From: Macrostomum hystrix
Taxonomy: Eukaryota; Animalia; Platyhelminthes
DNA: 64,000 nucleotides
Assembly: GCA_950097015.1 (NCBI GenBank)
Contig: CATNEN010000001.1
Span: 2,108,001 to 2,172,000 of the forward strand
Direction: 5' to 3'
The translations under genes and the position numbers were made by a program. Positions 36,841 to 49,324 of this stretch are shown here, in pieces; within the stretch, counting starts at the first letter, position 1, and every line of letters begins with the position of its first letter. The notes beneath the pieces are model-generated. The model ran no database searches. It worked only from the letters and a program-made list of their open reading frames with translations, and was not told the origin of the DNA.

Positions 36841-38594
36841 CGAGGGGTGTTTCAAAAGTAACGAGAATTTAGTCATAACTTTTTAATGGATAAACTTTTT
36901 AACTTGAAATTTTTACCCGATAATTTTGCAAATATGGACAGCACACAGCTTCAGTTGCAACTCTATCGCTCTACATGCACTAGTGAAATCTCACATTAAA
37001 GTCCAGACCTCGAGATTAAAAATTACGATTTTTGTCTGTGGTCTATTTAACTGAGAACTTGCTTAGAACTTGAAAACTGCTAATGATGCTGCTGATGCAC
37101 TCAGCTGCTTCTGATACTGTCTCCGGTGTCTGCTGTTTATGGGCAAAGTTGCCTAGGAATTTTTGTTTTTTAAGCTGCATAGGCTGCTCAAAATTGCAAA
37201 TGCTTGACTGAGAGACTTGACTGAAAACTGCTTTCAAGTGAGACTATGGAACGACCGAAAGATCATTCAGAAATTGGATCAAAGGAAGGACAACGGCATT
37301 TTATCGCTGGTCTGGTTCAACTTGGAAAGAAGCCATGCGATATCGCTCGGGACCTGAACCAGGCATTTGGAGATCAGGCACTATCGCAAGCGCGGGTTTA
37401 TGCTCACTGCAAGGCGTTCCGCGAGGGTGCTACAGGATGTGGTGACGCGCCGAGGTCAGGTCGCCCCCGCACGTCAACGGATGACAACAGCAAACAGATT
37501 GTCCGTGATTACCTCTGCGCCAATCCTTCTGCCACATTGCGTGAAGTTGAGGAGGTCTGTAGCATCTCCATTGCTTCTGTGAGCCGCATCCTCAAGGAAA
37601 TAAACTGGTCGAGAGTCTGTGCCAAGTGGGTGCCGCGTGAGTTGACCCTGGACCACAAAAGAAAGCGAATTCAATGTGCAACGGAGAACTTGCAGTTGTG
37701 GCAGCAACTTGGTGATCAGGAGTTTAAACGACTTCTCATCAGTATTGATGAGACACCACTGCCAATGTTTAATCCACTGACTAAGCAGCTGTCCATGCAG
37801 TGGGGGCCCAGGGGCCGTCAGCCGCACACAAAGCCAATGAAGTCGGCATGGACACGCAACATCATGTGCACCATGTGGTTTGAGGCCTGTGGGGTTCTGA
37901 TGGTCGACTACCTGCCAGACAAGGCCACCATCAATGCTGCATACGTGCAAGATCAAGTTGCTCGTCTGCGTGAAGTCATCCTCCAGAAGCGACGCATCAT
38001 GCGCGCCAGGCCCTTCATCTTGTGGGACAACGCTCGCCCTCACGTCGCCGCGGCCACCACAAGGAAAGTGGAAGAGCTCGGCTTTCGGCTGCTTAATCAT
38101 CCACCTTATTCACCAGACCTCGCCATTGCTGACTTTCACTTGTTTGGAGTAATGAAGAAGCCCATGCGAGGTCGCGTCTTCACCAGTCGACAGGAAGTCA
38201 TTGCGGCGGCCAACGAATCTCTCCATGCGCTGCCTGCGAGTTTTTGGGGGGAGGGAATTGACAAACTGCTGCATCGCTATGAGAAATGTATCCAGCTCGA
38301 TGGCAGCTTTGTGGAGCGTGCTGAAATCGCTGAAGAAATGGACGAAGGCGCTGATTTTTGACACAACAAACACGTTCACCTGTTCACTATTTTCCACAGA
38401 CAAAAATCGTAATTTTTAATCTCGAGGTCTGGACTTCAATGTGCGATTTCACTGGTGCATGTAGACCGACAGGGTTGCAACTGAAGCTGTGTGCTGTCCA
38501 TATTTGCAAAATTATCGGGTAAAAATTTCAAGTTAAAAAGTTTATCCATTAAAAAGTTATGACTAAATTCTCGTTACTTTTGAAACACCCCTCG
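36841..38594 (+). mobile_element. Full-length mariner DNA transposon with ~201-bp TIRs
   Basis: TA|CGAGGGGTGTTTC ... GAAACACCCCTCG|TA. TIRs at 36841-37041 and 38394-38594; intact transposase ORF. Confidence 0.97.
37246..38361 (+). CDS. Mariner transposase (DD34D)
   Basis: HTH domains, RSGRP, WVPREL, IDET, WDNARPH and YSPDLAIAD, with 34 residues between the 2nd and 3rd Asp. 371 aa, uninterrupted. Confidence 0.96.
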   Translation: MERPKDHSEIGSKEGQRHFIAGLVQLGKKPCDIARDLNQAFGDQALSQARVYAHCKAFREGATGCGDAPRSGRPRTSTDDNSKQIVRDYLCANPSATLREVEEVCSISIASVSRILKEINWSRVCAKWVPRELTLDHKRKRIQCATENLQLWQQLGDQEFKRLLISIDETPLPMFNPLTKQLSMQWGPRGRQPHTKPMKSAWTRNIMCTMWFEACGVLMVDYLPDKATINAAYVQDQVARLREVILQKRRIMRARPFILWDNARPHVAAATTRKVEELGFRLLNHPPYSPDLAIADFHLFGVMKKPMRGRVFTSRQEVIAAANESLHALPASFWGEGIDKLLHRYEKCIQLDGSFVERAEIAEEMDEGADF

Positions 38595-38655
38595 TACAAA
38601 ACCAAACTCTATATTTAGAACTGATATTATATTCATTTATAGCTTCTCTTTACAG

Positions 38656-39232
38656 CAGGGGTAGGCAAACTTATTTGCTGGCGGGCCAAAGAGAAAACCT
38701 AAAACACGACAGCGGGCCGCATTGACTGTATAAATATGAGATAGGGGAGAGATGAGACACGGGAGAGATGAGACACGGGAGAGATTAGACACGGGAGAGA
38801 TGAGACACAGAAAGATGATACATGAGAGAGATGAGACACGGGAGAGATAAGACAGGGGAGAGATTAGACACGGGAGAGATGAGACACAGAAAGATGATAC
38901 ATGAGAGAGATGAGACACGGGAGAGATGAGACACGGGAGAGATGAGACACGGGAGAGATGAGACACGGGAGAGATTAGACACGGGAGAGATGAGACACGG
39001 GAGAGATTAGACACAGGAGAGATGAGACACAGGAGAGATGAGACACAGGAGAGATTAGACACGGGAGAGATTAGACACAGGAGAGATGAGACACGGGAGA
39101 GATGAGACACGGGAGAGATGAGACACGGGAGAGATGAAACAGGACACTGTAGATGTCAGAAGGGGCAACGGGCCGGATTTGGGAGCTTCGAGGGCCGCAT
39201 CTGGCCCGCGGGCCGGAGTTTGCCAACCCCTG
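38656..39232. mobile_element. hAT (Buster-type) MITE, second copy
   Basis: CAGGGGTAGGCAAAC ... GTTTGCCAACCCCTG, TSD CTTTACAG, with a longer internal GAGACACGGGAGAGAT array. Confidence 0.92.
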
Positions 39233-40048
39233 CTTTACAGAAACTTAAACAGTGGAATATTAAAAAAACAGTAGCTTTTCTTTCTTCAAGAATATTTAGC
39301 ATTTTCGCCTGTTTTCTTTTGCAACTTTTTAAAAATACTAACCATGATATTCTTATCAGTAAATAAGCAGTTAATCTTTTAGCCCTAAAACATAAAGTAT
39401 TGAATTTAAACAACAAACAACAAACAACAAACAACAAAACATGAGTGTCAAAACAACACAGAAAAATCTGCAAAGCAATAGATTAGCTGCCTAAATTGGC
39501 ACTCAGCCTAAAATCAAGTTTCTCATCACTCAAAAACAGATACCAAAAACATCTAATGCATTCAAATGAATCACCAACTAGCTATTACACCACATTTATT
39601 TTAAATTACCCACTACAGATCCTGTGTCAGTTGAACATGATTTTATCACATTTAATAAACCAGCAATGTTTTTAAACTTACTAAAAATTCTAGATTTGAG
39701 GCATTGATAATTCAGTTGTGTATTATTAGTACACTCTTCATTATCTATCAATAAATTGATGTTCTCAAAAGTTTCCAGAAGTTCACTTAGGTAAAAAAGT
39801 TAAAAGAACTGGGATAGTGGAAAATTTTGTTCCCTTATTGTTGTCTCCAATGACAACTTTCAGGCCTCCTCACTGCTTCCTTTGCACATGTCTATTGGCT
39901 ATAGAATACTTAACACATTTGATTGATCTCTTACTTTATGCTGCATTCTGGTTTGTCAATCTGTCACTTTTGGACACTTTCTATAACCTCTATAGCAAAC
40001 TCACTTTACTGTTTTGACATTGCCACAATCCTAGTATTAACACCCTAG

Positions 40049-40605
40049 TACAACTTTTTAGTTGAATCCAAATATATTTCATAGTCAAATCATATGTCAT
40101 TCTAATCAAAATTTATTCTCAATTAAGAATAAAATTCGACTTTTTTCTTTAGTTTGACTGTGTAATAAAAATAATAATTTTTCCTGCGTCACTCAGATGA
40201 CAAAACTGTACACGAAAAACGTAAAAGGGTGTTTTCCAAAAAAATACACACATGTTGTAATTTCATTTTTTACTTATGTATTGGCGAAAGCATTTTAAAT
40301 CATCACTCACATCATATACTGTATAAATATTAAGTCGAAAGCAGTTTTCCTGTGCCTAACTGTCTTAAATATTTTTTTTTGCAGACCGTCGCTCAGATGA
40401 CGTCGCTTAGATGACAAACTGGTGTATTGTCAACTTTTTAGTTGAATCCAAATATATTTCATAGTCAAATCATACGTCATTCTAATCAAAATTTATTCTC
40501 AATTAAGAATAAAATTCGACTTCTTTCTTTAGTTTGACTGTGAATTAAAAAATTTAATTTTTCCTGCGTCGCTCAGATGACAAAAACTGTAGGCGAAAAA
40601 ATGTA
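40049..40605. repeat. ~175-bp direct repeat (380-bp offset) with recurring GTCGCTCAGATGAC motif
   Basis: CAACTTTTTAGTTGAATCCAAATATATTTC... occurs at 40051 and 40431. Confidence 0.8.
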
Positions 40606-42809
40606 AAAATGTTTGAGGTTATGAAAAACTATATTCCTCAACGAGTCACAGGGTGAGACCAGCATTCTAATAGACGATACAGCATGACAATTATTTAAGC
40701 CAATGCCTTTGTTTAATACACTTTCCATAGCTTAAATATCTGACTTCAATTTAGGCAATCTAGCGTCGCTCAGATGACACATATTTTGTAGGACATGCTA
40801 GGAACCTTTAAAATTCCGTCAAAACTGTTTAGAAACTAGAAATAACGGTTGTGCAATCAGGTATAACGGATGAGTGGCTGAATAAAACATAGAAGCAATA
40901 AGAAATGAACATATAGTACACATTTTTATAGACAGGGAACTAGGCTACCATATTTTTTGACATGGAGTTTCACATTGTTTATAGTATTTTTCGAATTAAA
41001 AACTGGAATAAATAGGTCTAAAGTAAAGCAAATTATACTAAATTAAACAAAAATAACATAACAGAATATAATATCACAATTTTCTAAGCTTAGTTGTGAG
41101 TTATTTGATTAAAAAATTATATATGACACTTTTCCAAACTAGTGTGTAACACTGTTGGGAAATACCCGGTAACCTCTTCTATTACCATAGGCCTATTTCT
41201 CTAAAAGCTTGACATTTTGACAGAGTTCTAGTGGTCTTGGTGTGTAGGGGCCTTGTTCGTGCACATTAGGTTGGATAGATAATATAAGTAACTAGTAAGA
41301 TTTGAACATGTAAGTTAGGCAGGCCCTAGTTAAGTGACATATTGCAAATTTTTTACAGAAAACTTTTTAAATAATACTTAGCTTAGCTATGCCATATTTA
41401 TTTATGCATACTTGAAAAATCAGAAACTTAATTTAATACATTACTTCACTTGGTCACTTGACATATTAAAAACATAAATTCAATTAGGGGCTAGCAAGTA
41501 GCATCACATGTATGGTATGCTGCTCTCCTGCTCTCTATGCATGTTAGCCTATAGGCCTATAGAGAAAGCATATTTACTAGTTTTTAAGTTATTAATTGAT
41601 TATAGTCGTCAATTAAGAGCCGTTTAGCTATTATAAACACAGCGAATTTGTAATATCTAAAATAGATTGGCCTTGGTCTCATTCTTACGCTGTGCTAAAC
41701 AAAAAGAACACGCGGGAAAAATCTTCCAATATCCAAAATAAAGCTTTAATGTTTTTTCTGACTTTCGAAGGCGAAAGAAGATGTAACTGAATATTCAAGA
41801 AGATATATGTTAACTATATATTATAGATGTGATTTTTTGCTTTTAATGTAATCAATTACTGTAAACAAAGAAGCATCCATATAACTGAGTAACGTTGCTA
41901 ACATGAATCTTCGGAATAATGTGACAATCGCTACGATGTCAAATAATTTACGTGTGAGGTTTAACAAAAATGGTATTCTTTAGTACTAAACACAAACTTT
42001 TCAATTTAACTTAAGTCACGAACTATATTAAAAATGTATTTAAATACATATTTTTCATTAAAAACTCACATTCTTCAGATTCTTGTGTGTTTCGGCGAAA
42101 AAATACACCCGGTTTTTTTACGAGGACCACGTTTGAATATATACTAACGTACGTTAGTATATACGTTACTCGAGCCATCCTAGCTGTTTTCATAACTTAA
42201 TCCTGCTTGCATCTTTGGCGCCAGATATGTGTCTTGATAGTCTGACAACCCCGTACCTGACTAAGTTGCGTTGGGCATATTAGGCATTGTCATGCACCGC
42301 TGCTAGACTCTGCTGGCGACCAAGGGCAACTAAAAGCTGCGGTGTCGCGCAGGGGGATCCATGATGCGGGCGCCCTCAGCGCGGTCCACCTCCCAATAAT
42401 CCATGAGCTGGAGAGTCGCTCGCCCGATGGCTGTTAAGTGACAGATAGCTGGCAGATTTTCTCAGGCCTGTGAAAACGTCGTAGCTAGAGCTGACCGGGT
42501 TGGGGCCGAGGCAGTCGCAAATAAAATGCTAGCATTCTCTACAAGGGAGAGGCAAAAAAGCACTCCTCACTGCGGATTTTGCCTTGCTGGTTGCGATGTC
42601 AAGCAAAACAGCAAGTGCCAGAGGGCAGATTTTTTGCTTGACACGTATAATTTAATCACTCTGCATGGTTATTCCTAAACAATCTTGTTTTTACGAAACC
42701 ACTGGTTTTGGTTTTGTCAGCCCCCCCCCGGGTGCATATCTGGCAATGAGAATTCCGCAGGTTTATATAAATTCTAGGAATGACTAATGTTTTGATTTAA
42801 GTCGGATGT

Positions 42810-43045
42810 ACGAGCATCTGATCGAAGACTGCGTACAGCTGTTCAGTCCATGGACTGGCCGGGGGGACACCACACACGCACCCTCAATTACCCCAGCTAA
42901 TGCTGGCACCCATTTAACAGCTGGGTGAACTGAAGCAATGCAGAGTTAAGGGTCTTATGCTAAAGGACACAAATTGTTTCAGTGGAGTCGGGAATCGAAC
43001 ACCCGACCTTCAAGTCGTGAGTCCGACGCCAGCTATCCACTAGCA
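42810..43045 (-). mobile_element. tRNA-derived CORE-like SINE (family 2)
   Basis: Minus-strand B box GTTCGATTCC followed by GTGTCCTT..GACCCTTAACTC..CAGTTCACCCAGCTGTTAAATGG, resembling the CORE domain. Homolog at 59985-60170. Confidence 0.75.
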
Positions 43046-43915
43046 GGATACAACCTCTCTATATACTAAATACAGGAAATAGCAAGAGTACAGTACCCAT
43101 ACATGGTCAAATACAATTAATATGCGTACATTTTTTCGTAATTAAGTAGAGATTTTTTCTACGCAGGTAGTTTTATTTAATTTGTTATAACACTTGCCTT
43201 GCCTTTAAGACTTTGGCGGCGGCCAGACACATGCAAATATTTTAAACCACCCATGCAAGCTTCTAACTACATAAATATACGTCTTAACCTGAGTGAGTTT
43301 TTAGTTCATTGCCGACTGTTTGAATTTTGTAAATCTATAAAAAAACATGCAATTCATGTCTAGGCATCAAAGCGGCCGGGGTTTCGCAAAACGATTTCTC
43401 GTAAAGAAATTCAAAGGACGAATTAAAAAGCTAGGCCAGATCCACAATCTTTCCGTTTTTTGTTGAGCACAGTTTGACTACATGTCTAATATGCAAGACA
43501 ATTGCCAGTAGCACAATGTTTGCTATGTAGCTTCAACATGTGAATATACTAACACTTATTTTCATTGCGGAGCAGATCGAATTTAAAGTGAAAGCAATTC
43601 TCGCAAGTACATAAAGCCTCCGCTAGAAAAACTTGCGCATCATAAATTTTACGGTTTGCAGAATTTATTGCACCACATCATCGGACTAAAATTGTCGGCT
43701 TCCTGTTGCCAAAATCGGGCACAACCGTGATTAATCTCAATTTTAGCGGCTGTGATTTCAGTGAATATAAGCGGACACAATAAATAGGCTGCTAGACTTC
43801 ATGATCTGCGGTAGTCTGGAATTTTTAACAAAAGATCGGTATCATTTGCGAATCGGTTTCAAAGCTAAACCTATATTAAAAATAACAAAGCGAATACAAA
43901 GTCAAGCATCAAACA

Positions 43916-44387
43916 ATGCTGCATTTTGGACTGAAGCTGATAGTGCTCATTGCTGCTGTCATCTGTTTTGGCACTGTTGATGCGGTGAGTCCGACTAAAT
44001 AAAAAATGGCCTTTATTAGAACTAAGACATTGGAACTAATGTAACTAAAAACTGCATTTCGTCCTTGTAGCTGCAGCTGTGCTACTGTATTATATTTGTT
44101 TATAATCTGCGCAGGACCCCAGAAGGGCTATGGAGAACCAGCTGGAGAGGTACATCAAGCCGTGTGCTCTGTACGGTCGCCGCTGTCCACCCGACGGTAG
44201 CGTTGGCAATGTGGACCAAATGCGCCAACAGATTCCCGAGTTGGAGAGCGAATTCCGCGACCGCGAGCTCAACGAGCCGATGCCAGACCAGTGCGAATGC
44301 CAGCAAGAGGAATGCGTGCGCGCCTGCTGGTACGGCCTCACTAAGACCATCTTTCTAAGCGACTTCCAGGGCTTCCTGTCCGAGTGA
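43916..44387 (+). CDS. Orphan small secreted Cys-containing protein (~113 aa), 2 exons
   Basis: Exon 1 43916-43984 is a signal peptide (MLHFGLKLIVLIAAVICFGTVDA|GTGAGT). Exon 2 44115-44387 is in frame (DPRRAMENQ...CECQQEECVRACW...), has GC-rich codon usage, and has AATAAA downstream (~44570). Confidence 0.75.
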
Positions 44388-45827
44388 AATTGGAAACAGA
44401 CGACTCGAGATGGCGGCAATAGATTTCTAGACTTGACTTTCATGCGACACACAAAGAATGTCAATCGATGCTAAATATACGGACATTGCGAGTTGAAAAT
44501 AGACACATTGGACTCAGTTATTGTTAGGATTCTTATCGACTATATAAGCTATGTTGCTTTTAAAAAGTAAAATAAACTTTACACGTATATACATAGATGC
44601 AAGCAAACAGATTTGGCTGAATGCATGGATGCACGTAAGAATTCTACTCAATGTTAAAATGTATTTTAGTCGTATCGATTAAAAGTCTTCAAATGGGCGT
44701 GTCCATTAGAATAGCGATCGGCACTGATGCAATGCACTACTGATGCAAAAGTTGCGGGAAGGCTAGCATTATCTTAGCATGAATATGTCGTCATTCAAAA
44801 GTGTACTTTTACAGAAGTACTTTTAACAGTATCGTTGAACCTTACTGGGAAATTATTTCGTTAATTAATTTAAAGTGATGAAACTTTATAAAGATTTAGT
44901 AAAGAAATTTGCTCTACGCTCGTATAGCAGATGAAAAGACTTAGTTCATACAAAAAACCAGCTTTAATTAAGAACCAAAATTGAAGCTGAATGTCAGAAA
45001 ACTGTGCAAACGTTAGACCATTTTTATTGAAGCAGCCGCAGCCACCAGCTTCAAAAAGCGTCGATGTAGACTTAATTCTCAGTACCAGAGAACAAGGCCC
45101 CTGCTCTAAGGCACCTGCTTGGGACAACAATATAAAAATACGTTGAGCTTTTCAGCTGCTTTCGGTGGAAGCAATGCAGCGTTGAAGCTTCCGTTTCTTT
45201 CCTCAAACTTTTTGGCCCGTTTCAACACAATGGGCACACACACTTACACACAATCACACTTTATAAAACACGTCTGCAAGTTTAGCGATGTCATGAGTGT
45301 TTACTTACGAGTATAAACTGTCAAACTGTGCTGTATTTTTTACAATACGTAAAGCTGATTTATCGTCTAAAATTCAATCCCAATGCATTATTGATCGGTT
45401 GGGTAGTAAAGTCCAATCCAACATTTTCCCTAGAGTCAACGAACGACTTACAAGCGCCACCCACACGTCAACCACGAGACTCAAACAGCTAGACGGTAAC
45501 AAAGACAAGAAAGAGCGCACGAGACTGAGTCGCGTGCTGTAGCTGCTTTTGATGCGATTACCCTGCCGAGTCTTTAGATATTGGAGGGTTCCAATCGCTG
45601 GATTGTTATTGCTATTGAGCAATTTTCTTTGCTATTTCCATTAATTTGTACCTGTTCCTGATAAGGCAAGCAATCATATTTCCTATTGCTCCGTGTTGTT
45701 ACTCGTATGCGTCTCAATTCCGTGTTTTAGTTCGGTAGTTTTACAAGCTTTTTATACTCGTACGCTAACGTAGTATCAGCTAGTAACTCTGAGAATATAG
45801 TGGCATCATTCGACTGTTATCGAAGGT

Positions 45828-45905
45828 AGCTTGTAGTCTAGTGGTTTAAAAAATTCAGAATTTCGACTAGGAGGTCAGGAGTTCAAATCTCAGGCTGAGG
45901 AGGAT
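45828..45905 (+). mobile_element. tRNA-like SINE head fragment
   Basis: TAGTCTAGTGG A box and GAGTTCAAATC B box without an intact cloverleaf. Confidence 0.45.
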
Positions 45906-45954
45906 ATTTGAGACTTTAGAGGGCAAGACATGTTTTTTTCTATGCTGAGTGGCC

Positions 45955-46390
45955 TCAGCATCATCCAAGCATCATCCTAGCATCATCCTATAGCATCATC
46001 CTAGCATCATCTAGCATCATCCTAGCATCTTAGCATCATCCTAGCATCATCCTATAGCATCATCCTATAGCATCATCCTAGCATCTTAGCATCATCCTAG
46101 CATCATCCTATAGCATCATCCTAGCATCATCCTAGCATCATCCTAGCATCATCCTAGCATCATCCTAGCATCATCCTAGCATCATCCTAGCATCATCCTA
46201 GCATCATCCTAGCATCATCCTAGCATCATCCTAGCATCATCCTAGCATCATCCAAGCATCATCCTAGCATCATCCAAGCATCATCCTAGCATCATCCTAG
46301 CATCATCCTAGCATCATCCTAGCATCATCCTAGCATCATCCTAGCATCATCCTAGCATCATCCTAGCATCATCCTAGCATCATCTAGCCT
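45955..46390. repeat. 11-bp satellite (TAGCATCATCC)n
   Basis: About 39 units. Confidence 0.97.
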
Positions 46391-48008
46391 TTATTGAAAC
46401 ATTCTCAGCTTCCCAAAGTTCTGTTCAGCACCTCAACGAACTCGTTGATAACCTAGCATCCTCTTCTACATCCAATTCGATTGCTAGAAATTCTTACATG
46501 CGTCAACGAAAACATGTAGCCTCAGCATCAACAGACGTCACGATTATCTTACTTCCTAAAACTCCAGACATTTTCTTCAACATTTTTTATTCAGACTTTC
46601 CACTCGAATTCCAAGAAAATTTGGAAGCGAGTAAATTTATACTGTATATTGTACCTTAGAGTTTAAAAGTTTGGAAAATTTGACAAATCGATAAGTTGTG
46701 TTGCATTCAACCAATTCAACAATTATTGATATGAAAGCTGAATAGTCTTATCTAAAATTGGAGTGTTATGATGGTTAGACTTGTGGCATGAAGCAAGTTG
46801 AAGTGATTCTGCTTCTAATTGATCCAGTACCTGCTAGTCCTATATAAAGACCCCAGTACGTGGGGATATGTATGCCCTGCCAAGAGACGCGGGTATGCAG
46901 TGTTCTCAAAATCTGAGAGATGTCTCTCCGTGATGAGCTTCTGCTGCTGCTTCATCTCGATTATTCGCCAGCCCCAAAGCTGGGACCGTTCATCGATTCA
47001 GCCGAGTGAGTAGCCTCGCCGAGATCTCGGGGCTGTCCGATTGCTAGGATTTTGAGTTCGAGGAGAGGAGAGGAGTACGTTTTAAGCTCAAACTCACCTG
47101 GCTAATGTGAGTAGTTTGAGGACTTGATGAATAAGCGAAAGTGCTCACCCGACCTGTTTCCTCATCAGTTGAAAACTCAAGCAATAAAATAATTAAAAGC
47201 ACAAACCGGTACACGCAACATTCGAAGCAATTTCGTTACTTTATAGATCGCTACATGAACCTTAACATAGGATTTGGATTAGCCAAAAAATAGTTCACAG
47301 GCGAAGAGAGCGAAAAAAAACCTCTTCCATTCCGCATCTGTTGGATTAACATTTTCATCAGGGCATGAGTTTGCTTTTCGATGCAGAGTTTTTTTTGGGA
47401 CAGAGAGTCGTGTTAGCAAGCGCAGTTATCGAAGTGACTTCACGAAAATCCCGCCCTAGAGAACACTCTCAGGCCTCTAAAAAAGAAGATTTGAAATGCC
47501 TTTCGGTGTACCTGGACAGGCTATGTAAATAGATTTATAGTCTAAAGATGCGCCGTAATTCTTTGAGGATAAAACTATTTCTGTCGCGGCAATTATTTAG
47601 AGGCAACAATTTTCTGTCCAACTCAATAGGCTTCGCGATAGACTCGATTCCGTCTAGCTAAGAAAAATGCATAAAAAGTGCATTAACGGAAGCGATGTCG
47701 AACAAGAGGGCGCGCGGCGCTAGATACGAGCCTCAGACAGCGCTAATGGAGTCTCACTGGGAATTGCCGGAATGGATATAGAGCGAGGTGGACAAAAATT
47801 GAAGATATAATATAATATCTCCCCTTCCGTGCACGCAACGCCGATGTGAAAACAGCCCCTGATGTGATGATGACGATGATGATATGTGAGCTAATGTCTT
47901 TAGGCGTGATGTCTAGTCACCTTTGATGCGAGCTAATGAAAAAAATGTCTGATATGATGAGAATCGGTTTTATTTTTCCTGATCGAGTCTATACGAAGTA
48001 AAAAAATT

Positions 48009-48683
48009 TTAGAAGCACTGTTTCATGGCGTCTACAATCGCGGCGTGCTCGCTGAATCTGGAGAGCGCCGAGTCGCAGATTTTTCTGTCCAATTCCAGGC
48101 AGACCGCGTTGCGGCGCGACGCGCTGGGCGACCTTTTAAACGTCTCGTGAGTTGCGTCAGCGCGTCGCTGCGCTGCGGAAACTGCTAGATTTGAGCCGTC
48201 TCTGGAATCCTCCGGGTTGCTATGCGAACGAAAGCGCTGATGCCTCCGATCTGGCGGCGAAGTCGCGGCGGGTGGCGTTGACGACTTGAAGGCGTTGCGC
48301 AGTCCGCGGCGACGTCTTTGAAGGCTTTCGCCGCCGCTGCTGCCTCCACTGCTGCTGCTGGTCAGAGGCCAGGAGGCGTCGAATGCTGTCCAGGTCACTT
48401 CGAATTCTTCGCCATCTTCATCGACGCGAACCTCGCTAATCAGGATCTGGTTGGGTACAGGAATCGGTTGCGAATGCTGCTGCTCCTGCTGAGTAGCGCC
48501 TGGAGACCCTGACCTGCCTTTCTTAGAAAACAGACGAGGCCGGTGCTGCATCAGCAAATCGAGCAGTGAAGAAGCGGCCCCACCAATCGACCGACTTCTC
48601 TGATGCTGCTGGGAAATTCTGTCGACTTCAGATTTTCGTCTGGAGTCTTTGCCAACAACGGCAGCGCTTATTTCACTTGCCAT
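48009..48683 (-). CDS. Orphan 224-aa disordered Ser/Arg-rich protein with a C-terminal PKI-like RRNAV motif
   Basis: Single GC-rich ORF with ATG in AT-richer flanks. No recognisable folded domain. Confidence 0.55.
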   Translation of the reverse strand: MASEISAAVVGKDSRRKSEVDRISQQHQRSRSIGGAASSLLDLLMQHRPRLFSKKGRSGSPGATQQEQQHSQPIPVPNQILISEVRVDEDGEEFEVTWTAFDASWPLTSSSSGGSSGGESLQRRRRGLRNAFKSSTPPAATSPPDRRHQRFRSHSNPEDSRDGSNLAVSAAQRRADATHETFKRSPSASRRNAVCLELDRKICDSALSRFSEHAAIVDAMKQCF

Positions 48684-49324
48684 GTGTGCCTATCCGAAAT
48701 ATGAGTAAACATACACGAAAATGCGGTTAAGATAAGCCTGTACGAGAATGAAAAAATAGCAGAGACAACCGACAAGGCCTTTTAATCCAGCTGCTTTTGA
48801 GGGGCCAAAATAACGATTGGGAGGCGAGGCACAGCCACACATGCTTCTCTCTCTCTTGCCCTGGCTTTCTCGCAACTCCCTCTTCCTCTTTACCGTTAAA
48901 TGGCTAGGGAGGACTCGACAGCGTGGATGAGGATGAGAAGGTACGGGGTTGGCTGAGGCTTGGCATGACGACAGTCAATGTGAGGGGGCAGTTTTTTGCA
49001 GAACAGCATTGCGATGTAGGTGAAGCAGCCATGCTTCGGAGCGAAGAAGCAAAATGAACAGGAATGGCTTTTGAAAATCTGGGAAATGAATCTATGTTTG
49101 ATATACTAGCGAATGCAGACTAGCAAAGCTAGAACCATATAGAATGCAACTAGGCCCTTCTGCGATAAATTACGAGCTCGAATTCCAAATAGAAATGTGA
49201 TAATTCCTCCGGATTGATGCCAGGACTCCAACATAGAGGAGCAATACTGAGATTGAGGTAAATAAAAATGTAGTGAATCATGGCTAAAATGAAATAATAA
49301 TAGCGGTTTTATAAGCAACAATCG

